Assembly: GCA_964619725.1 (NCBI GenBank) | Contig: CAZUFC010000001.1 | Coordinates: forward strand, 64,001 to 128,000 | Direction: 5' to 3' | DNA: 64,000 bases | Source: an uncultured bacterium | GTDB lineage: Bacteria; CSSED10-310; CAZUFC01 | In this document: positions 57,661-64,000 of the stretch, piece after piece | How positions within the stretch are numbered: the stretch's first letter is position 1 | Layout of the letters: each line of letters begins with the position of its first letter | The notes under the pieces: model-generated | Seen by the model: only the letters and a program-made list of their open reading frames with translations | Told to the model about the DNA's origin: nothing | Databases searched by the model: none | Made by a program: the position numbers and the translations under genes

Positions 57661-60219
57661 TCAAGCCCAGATGACGTATCCCGGAATGAACGGCGAGACC
57701 AGGTTGTCGTGTTTGGGGAGGACTCTCACGGTATATCCGTGAAGTCCGCTTCTCTGGCAATCGCTTTCTGTCTGGTAGATATAAGCGCCGTCTATTTCCT
57801 GTTTTTGCGGCGTCATGGGTCTGGCTGCCGCATCTTCTATGTCGCCGGAAGGGTCTATCTGGCCCTGGTATAGTTCTACTGATACGTCTTTGGGTTCGAG
57901 GCTGCCGAGGTAAACTTTGATTTGGACCGTGAATCTGTCGTCTACTTTAACTTCATTAATGGAATCGTTGTGGATGGGTTCAAGACGGATTTCGGACCAG
58001 TGTTTTTTTATGTGTTCTTTCCAGGTCGCCAGTTCTTTAGCGGCTTTCATATTGTCCTGCAAGAGTTTCTGATAGTGTTGAGCTGCCGGGAAATAGTGCA
58101 TTTTGGTGTATTCGCTCAGCATGCGGTGGGTATTGAAGTATCCGCAAAGATTTTGAATGGAAGATTTCATGCGATTAATCCATTGCCTGGGCAGGCGGTC
58201 GGCGTTGCATTTATAAAATGCAGGGACCACTTCTCTTTCCAGCAGATCGTAAAGGGCTTCAGCTTCAACTTTATCCTGGACTTTCTGATCTTTGTAGGTT
58301 TCTCTTCTTCCGATAGCCCATCCGAATTCCGGCTGATAAGCTTCATCCCACCATCCGTCGAGAATGCTGAGGTTCAGAACGCCGTTAGCGGTGGCTTTCA
58401 TGCCGCTGGTTCCGCTGGCCTCTCTCGGGCGAAGGGGAGTATTAAGCCAGACGTCGGCTCCCTGGACCAGATACCGGCCGACGGTCATATCGTAATCTTC
58501 CAGCAGGACGAGTCTTCTGCGGAACTCTTCGCAACGGGCCAGGTCGACTATTTTTTTAATGAGCATCTTGGCGGGATGGTTTTGCGGATGTGCTTTACCG
58601 GCGAATATGATCTGAACGGGACGTTCCGGGTCGTTCAGTATGCCGGCGAGTCTGGTGGGGTCCTGCAGGAGGAGGGTGGCTCTTTTGTATTCTGCGAAGC
58701 GTCTGGCGAATCCGATGGTGAGGGCTTCCGGGTCCAGTATTTCTTCCGCAGTTTTCAGTTCGTTGGGCGATGCGCCTCTTTGAAGCAACTGCTTTTTCAG
58801 GTGTCTCCGGCTGAATGAGACGAGTCGTTCACGTCTCCGTTCATGCGTTCGCCATAATTCTTCCGCTGCGATTTGTTCAACGTGTTTCCATACGGAATGG
58901 TCCGCTGGTTCGTCCCGCCATCGGGGACTGAGGTACCTGTCGTATAATTCTTTCATATCCCGGCTTATCCAGGATTGAAAGTGAATGCCGTTGGTGACGT
59001 GTCCGATAGGAATTTCCTTCTCAGGAACATCCGGCCATAATCCTTTCCACATTTTTCGGGTTACCTCGCCGTGAAGCCTGCTGACTCCGTTGCTGTGAGC
59101 GGCCAGACGCAGAGCCATTATGGTCATGCAAAAAGGTTCGAGGTCGTCCGATGGTCTTTCGCGACCTAGAGACAGAAATTCGTTCCGGCTCAGTCCGACA
59201 GCCTTTATGTATCCCCGGAAATAATTTTCCATAAGCTGCGGGGAAAAGTAGTCCTGCCCGGCCTCGACAGATGTATGAGTGGTAAAGACCAGGCCCGCTC
59301 CTGCGGCTTCCCTGGCTTCAGAAAAAGTCAGGTTTTCTTTTTCCATGAGTTTCCTGATGCGTTCAAGAGCGAGAAATACGGAATGTCCTTCATTCATATG
59401 GTATACCGTGGGTTCAAGACCCAATGCTTCCAGCGCCCTGTAACCGCCTATTCCAAGCACGATCTCCTGTTTGATCCGCATCTCCCGATCGCCGCCGTAA
59501 AGCTGATCCGTTATGTCTCTATCCTCCTGACTGTTCTCCGCTATATTCGTATCAAGCAGAAACAACGGCACCCGGCCTACGTTGACTCGCCATACCTGTA
59601 TGGTCACAGAACGTCCCGGAAGTCTCACTTTTACTTTAATGGGCGTTCCATCATAATTTTTCTGGAGTGAAACGGGAAGGTTAAAAAAATCATTGTTCTC
59701 ATAAGCTTCCTGCTGCCAGCCGGCTTCGTTGAGGTACTGACGAAAGTACCCCTGCTGATAAAGCAAACCGACTCCTACCAGCGGAATACCCAAATCGCTG
59801 GCAGACTTCAGATGGTCCCCGGCCAGAACTCCCAATCCTCCCGCAAAAATGGAAAGACATTCCGTTACGCCGAATTCCGCTGAAAAATAGGCGACAAAAG
59901 GCTTTTTAACATCGGGAAAAAGCTTCTGAAACCAGGAGGGACTGCCGTTTAAATATCCGTCCAACTCATGAAGAACACGGTTCATATGCGCCAGAAAACT
60001 CTCGTCCGTAGCCGCCCTTTTAAGTTTTTCCTGATCAATTGTCCCCAGCATCAACACCGGATTATGCTCCGTCGTCTCCCATAAAAATCCGTCCAGACGC
60101 CTAAAAAGCTCTATAGTCTCATGGTGCCAGGCCCAGCGTAAATTGTAAGCCAGCTTCCTTAACGGCTCCAATTCCGGCGGCAACTTCGGTACGGCCTTGA
60201 ATGTGTAAATCGGCTTCAT
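57661..60219 (-). CDS. glgP: Alpha-glucan (glycogen) phosphorylase
   Basis: 'YFSAEFG', 'GGLGVLAGDHLKSASDLG', 'HMNEGH', PLP-Lys motif 'EASGTSGMK'. Confidence 0.96.
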   Translation of the reverse strand: MKPIYTFKAVPKLPPELEPLRKLAYNLRWAWHHETIELFRRLDGFLWETTEHNPVLMLGTIDQEKLKRAATDESFLAHMNRVLHELDGYLNGSPSWFQKLFPDVKKPFVAYFSAEFGVTECLSIFAGGLGVLAGDHLKSASDLGIPLVGVGLLYQQGYFRQYLNEAGWQQEAYENNDFFNLPVSLQKNYDGTPIKVKVRLPGRSVTIQVWRVNVGRVPLFLLDTNIAENSQEDRDITDQLYGGDREMRIKQEIVLGIGGYRALEALGLEPTVYHMNEGHSVFLALERIRKLMEKENLTFSEAREAAGAGLVFTTHTSVEAGQDYFSPQLMENYFRGYIKAVGLSRNEFLSLGRERPSDDLEPFCMTIMALRLAAHSNGVSRLHGEVTRKMWKGLWPDVPEKEIPIGHVTNGIHFQSWISRDMKELYDRYLSPRWRDEPADHSVWKHVEQIAAEELWRTHERRRERLVSFSRRHLKKQLLQRGASPNELKTAEEILDPEALTIGFARRFAEYKRATLLLQDPTRLAGILNDPERPVQIIFAGKAHPQNHPAKMLIKKIVDLARCEEFRRRLVLLEDYDMTVGRYLVQGADVWLNTPLRPREASGTSGMKATANGVLNLSILDGWWDEAYQPEFGWAIGRRETYKDQKVQDKVEAEALYDLLEREVVPAFYKCNADRLPRQWINRMKSSIQNLCGYFNTHRMLSEYTKMHYFPAAQHYQKLLQDNMKAAKELATWKEHIKKHWSEIRLEPIHNDSINEVKVDDRFTVQIKVYLGSLEPKDVSVELYQGQIDPSGDIEDAAARPMTPQKQEIDGAYIYQTESDCQRSGLHGYTVRVLPKHDNLVSPFIPGYVIWA

Positions 60220-60465
60220 AACAGAATGTCCTCCCTTTTCCTTTCATTTCGAAATGCGCTTATAATACAGTGGCGAACCTTAAAAAGCGTCATTATAATA
60301 ATGGGCATTCGACCCGGCGTACCCGAAGGCGATACGGCGAAATTCGAATGCCTTACCGCTTCAATTATTTCTAATTCAATTCATAACATCGATTGGCTTT
60401 CGTGAGTCGACTAATCCACGACAAACCCCCCATCATTTTTAACTTTTTTTTTTACATTTTGCAAA

Positions 60466-60900
60466 TTAGATTTTCTCCAGAATTTCAACGGCGGAACGGA
60501 CATATTGAGGGCAATTCCTTGCATAGAGGTTTTGTTCCGAGGCCTTGCACCGCCCTTGTGCCGTACTGACGTCAGCTCCGAGTAATTCCCGGCAGAGAAG
60601 AGAACCATGTCGCTCCTTGAATTTTTCGATAAAATATTCCATCGCGTCGTAAGCCTCTTTTTCGACGGCCTGATTCTCCTTTTCCTTCAAACCCGATTTT
60701 AAGCCTATGACCATAAATGCGCCTGTGACGGCGCCGCATGTTTCAGCCTGGCGAGCCATCCCGCTCCCGAAACCTGATGCAATGTGCAGAGCTTTTTCCC
60801 GGGGAAGTTCCGTTTCTTCGGCGAAGACCGACAAGACGGATTGGGAACAGGCGTATCCCTTCATGAACATTTCTTCTGCTTCGTCTTTTTTGTTTTTCAT
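60466..60900 (-). CDS. C_GCAxxG_C_C family putative redox protein
   Basis: 'GYACSQSV', 'TCGAVTG', 'LCRELLG', terminal Cys motif. Confidence 0.88.
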   Translation of the reverse strand: MKNKKDEAEEMFMKGYACSQSVLSVFAEETELPREKALHIASGFGSGMARQAETCGAVTGAFMVIGLKSGLKEKENQAVEKEAYDAMEYFIEKFKERHGSLLCRELLGADVSTAQGRCKASEQNLYARNCPQYVRSAVEILEKI

Positions 60901-61697
60901 CGTTTTCCTTCTGACTTTTTGATTCCAGTGTAAATATGAGCTGCCCCCCAGGTAAGCGGGTATTTTAATACGCCGGCGAAACCTGCTTCTTTCATGTTTT
61001 CAATAAAAAGGTCCGGTTCGGGAAACGATTCTATGGACCTGTTAAGATAGCGGTAAGCGCGATAATTGCCTGTAACGAATCCGCCGATAAGGGGCATGAT
61101 GTATCGACAGTAGAGGAGATAAGGAATTTTCAGCAGCCGTTTTTCGGGAATTGAAAGTTCCAGCACGGTCAGGCGACCGTTATTTTTGAGCGTTCGAAAA
61201 GCCTCTTTGAGAAAACGAAGCCGGTCAGATATATTTCGAATGCCGAATGAGATGATGACCGCGTGGAAAGCATTGTCGGAGAAGGGCATATCGATGGCCG
61301 AAGCCTTTACGAGTTCGATACTGTTTTCTTTTTTTACCCATTGGATTTTTCTTAAGGCGACACGCAGCATCCCGCATGAGACGTCAATTCCGACCGCTGT
61401 TTGGAACCCGGAATTGCCGCTGCAGCATGCCCTCAACTGTTCTGCCGTGCCTGCCGCTGCATCCAGAAGTCTCCCCTTTCCGTATAATTCCAGAGTTTCG
61501 GACGCCAGACGACGCCATATCCCGTCCAATCCCAGGGAAATAATGCGATTCAAAAAATCGTAACTTTCAGCAATATCGTCAAACATTTCTTCTGTATCGT
61601 TCACGAGGAAACCTTTATTTAAGCAACTCGGCTTTTTTCTGTCAGGCGGCATTCGTTCGTCCCTCTCAAATTTCCGGCGGGCTTTAATAATCAGCAA
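60897..61697 (-). CDS. ubiE: UbiE/MenG quinone C-methyltransferase (true start probably downstream of 61697)
   Basis: 'MFDDIAESYDFLNRIISLGLD..WR', 'LDAAAGT', 'ISFGIRN', 'AYRYLNRSIESFP'. Confidence 0.88.
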   Translation of the reverse strand: MLIIKARRKFERDERMPPDRKKPSCLNKGFLVNDTEEMFDDIAESYDFLNRIISLGLDGIWRRLASETLELYGKGRLLDAAAGTAEQLRACCSGNSGFQTAVGIDVSCGMLRVALRKIQWVKKENSIELVKASAIDMPFSDNAFHAVIISFGIRNISDRLRFLKEAFRTLKNNGRLTVLELSIPEKRLLKIPYLLYCRYIMPLIGGFVTGNYRAYRYLNRSIESFPEPDLFIENMKEAGFAGVLKYPLTWGAAHIYTGIKKSEGKR

Positions 61698-62018
61698 AGA
61701 AGCGCCGCCGGCGACACTATATTAATCTTATCCTTATTCTTTCTCTAGTTTCTGTCCATAAACCTGAGCGCCTGTCCGGCGCTGAAATTTTATTCGAGAT
61801 TCGAGTTAATGAACAGGCGCTAATCAGAAGAGATTGGCAAAAATCGCAGCCTTTATTCTATCACTCGGGGATTCGACTTTTATCAAATCCTGTGGTATAT
61901 AGGCTTTTTAGAGGCCTTAGAGCCGGATAGAAACGAGTTGATCGAGTTAAAAGGAAGGGTTGAAGAAATCGAAAAAAAGGTGATTTTCGGCAACAGGCGA
62001 ATAAGGGGCGATGAGAAA

Positions 62019-64000
62019 ATGAGGGAAGATAAAAGAGGACGGACGCTGCAGATTATTTCAATATATTTGATCGTATGGGGATTATGGACATACGTTTCGC
62101 CCGGCGCTGCGGCATACATTGACGGAACATTGGTCGATGAGAGCTGGAATGAATTTTCTACGGGATTCTGCAATCGACGTCTCATTCACAAGAGTTCGGT
62201 AGGCGATATTGATGTATTAATGGTTTATTCAGCGAACCAGAATAATTCGCCGCCGTATAATGCAAAGGTGATACGGACGACGGATTCCGGCGACAACTGG
62301 GAATTGTTGCCGGACCCCGGCATAGTTTTGCAGGGGAACAACAAGGGAATATGCATGGCAGGCGATTCCGAAGATAAAATCCATGTAGTATGGCATGCCT
62401 GGGAGACAGGCGATTCCGGACATTTCTATCATAAGGAATATTCCGCCGGCGCCTGGACATTGGCGACGCGTTTGTCTGAGAATGCGGAAAAAGGCGGACG
62501 AACGATAGTGACGGCGACAGACAGTCAGGACGATTTGCATGTAGCCTGGCAAAACGAATCATTCGGCAAAACATATTACAGAAGGCGCACAGGCGGATCA
62601 TGGCAGCCCATTGTGATTTTAGGCGCGTTGGGACCTCAGACAGCGATAGCCGTCGACTACAACGATGATATTCACATAGTCGGCGGATACAGCACGAACA
62701 ACACATTGCGGTACAGGAAATGCACAGGAGGTTTGTGGGGAGATATAGAAACCATAGATGAGGAAGGAGCCCCGCGCCACGCTTCTCTGGCCGTCGATTC
62801 GAATAATGAGCCTCATATAGCCTGGACCGGCGACGGTTATGAACTGACGTGGAAGATTTTTTACAGCGTAAGGCGAGAGGGAGAGTGGACGGGGCGGCAA
62901 CTTCTTTCACATCCGGCGGTGGATTGTCAGGAATCTTCCATAGGCATCGACGGAAATGATGACGTTTATGTAATATACAACCGAATCCCCGATTCAAAAT
63001 CAGAGAATACGGAATTATGCCTGAAGAAGAAAATCGGCGATGAATGGACTCATCAGGTCAGACTGACGGACAGCGAATACGGTTCTTTCGGCGCCCAGGT
63101 GCGGTGGTCGGCTTTTCCGGAGTCCAACAGGATTTCGGATGCGGAGGACCTCGATTTTGTGTGGACGCAGCGGACAGCGACCGGGCCTGTTAATCCCTTT
63201 CCGGTTATGTTTTATCACGGCGATTTAGTCATACCGACGATCACGCCCACGGTAGAACAATCGCCCACTGCAGCCCCGACGACGACTCCTGCGGCTTCAC
63301 CTTCTCCGCAAACCCCAACGGAAACACCGCCTTCATCCACACCCACTCCTGATCCTTCCCCCACTCAGATCAATCAGGGGCCGTTCATCATGGCCGCCGG
63401 CTATATGGGGACCTATCTGGACGGCTCAGGCGGCGGAACTTTGACTGTGACCGCGTATATCAAAGACCCGGAAAACGATGCCGTGGAGAGATGCGCGGTT
63501 TATTACGGCGGCCAACCCGCCGGCCTGGAGGAAGAATTCGCCCACAACGAAGGAGAAATAATATGGAATTACGGTCCTGTGGAACTGAGCGGCGGATTGA
63601 ATCCGGGTGAATTTTTACTTGAGCTCATAGCCTGGGATGAAAAGGGCGAAATGAGCGGCGTGTGGCCTTATTTCAATTCAGGACTGCCGGAAATTCATAC
63701 TTCTGTTCCCCCCTGGTATGCCGGCGAGTTCTCCGGTCCTAAATCGGGAAACCAGCCTGTCGTCAACCTGGCAGGATACTGGGACAGTTCATGCGATGAA
63801 AACGGCGGAGAATTGACGCTGATCGCCCTGGCATCCGATCCGCAAGGACTTGACGATATTGAAAGGGTCAAACTCTTTTATGAAGGAAATGAACTGGACG
63901 TTGAACTTCTTGATGACGGTCAGAGCGGTGATCTGGCTGCCGGTGACGGAGTTTACGGCTTTCAGGCTTCGATTCCGCCCGATGCCTTGCCGGACGGACA
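62019..64000 (+). CDS. Secreted BNR/Asp-box propeller protein with PT linker and two repeated C-terminal beta domains; runs off the window and is absent from the ORF track
   Basis: Hand translation from ATG 62019: MREDKRGRTLQIISIYLIVWGLWTYVSPGAAA (signal), 'TTDSGDNW', 'DKIHVVW'; in-frame 'IPTITPT', 'GPFIMAAGY', 'PVVNLAGYWD...DDGQSGDLAAGDGVY'. Confidence 0.8.
   Translation, partial: MREDKRGRTLQIISIYLIVWGLWTYVSPGAAAYIDGTLVDESWNEFSTGFCNRRLIHKSSVGDIDVLMVYSANQNNSPPYNAKVIRTTDSGDNWELLPDPGIVLQGNNKGICMAGDSEDKIHVVWHAWETGDSGHFYHKEYSAGAWTLATRLSENAEKGGRTIVTATDSQDDLHVAWQNESFGKTYYRRRTGGSWQPIVILGALGPQTAIAVDYNDDIHIVGGYSTNNTLRYRKCTGGLWGDIETIDEEGAPRHASLAVDSNNEPHIAWTGDGYELTWKIFYSVRREGEWTGRQLLSHPAVDCQESSIGIDGNDDVYVIYNRIPDSKSENTELCLKKKIGDEWTHQVRLTDSEYGSFGAQVRWSAFPESNRISDAEDLDFVWTQRTATGPVNPFPVMFYHGDLVIPTITPTVEQSPTAAPTTTPAASPSPQTPTETPPSSTPTPDPSPTQINQGPFIMAAGYMGTYLDGSGGGTLTVTAYIKDPENDAVERCAVYYGGQPAGLEEEFAHNEGEIIWNYGPVELSGGLNPGEFLLELIAWDEKGEMSGVWPYFNSGLPEIHTSVPPWYAGEFSGPKSGNQPVVNLAGYWDSSCDENGGELTLIALASDPQGLDDIERVKLFYEGNELDVELLDDGQSGDLAAGDGVYGFQASIPPDALPDG

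Noticed and set aside
62182-62997. 271-aa minus-strand ORF and neighbours in the ORF track
   Set aside because: Shadows of the real + strand gene from 62019, which lacks a stop inside the window.

Overview
A gene-dense bacterial chromosome segment, probably from a diderm anaerobe of a poorly studied lineage (inference from BamA/TamA-TamB, a multiheme cytochrome, a Tat-exported Mo-oxidoreductase and many Pro/Thr-linker surface proteins). Recognisable genes include tamB/tamA-like, a paoA/C/B-like Mo-hydroxylase operon, rnhC, glgP, ubiE/menG, an SplB-like radical SAM protein, a lipid kinase and an AAA_14/DUF4143 ATPase. There is a rich set of large secreted proteins: two tandem beta-propellers, a degenerate clostripain, two gingipain/C25-like proteins, a beta-helix protein, a collagen fibre and a BNR propeller running off the right end. 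Three of these end in an IPTL-CTERM-like anchor. The best candidate for an undescribed system is a four-gene phosphorelay (PAS kinase, Rcp1-like receiver, hybrid kinase lacking Hpt) ending in an Hpt-GspE/PilB-ATPase-receiver fusion with eroded catalytic motifs. Other notable items are a probable ECF sigma/zinc anti-sigma/TM fusion, several families of non-autonomous palindromic or MITE-like repeats (one supplies the stop codon of a truncated PIN toxin), and a sawtooth local GC skew independent of gene orientation. I saw no rRNA, tRNA, CRISPR array, transposase or reverse transcriptase. All family calls come from motif recognition by eye, not database searches.
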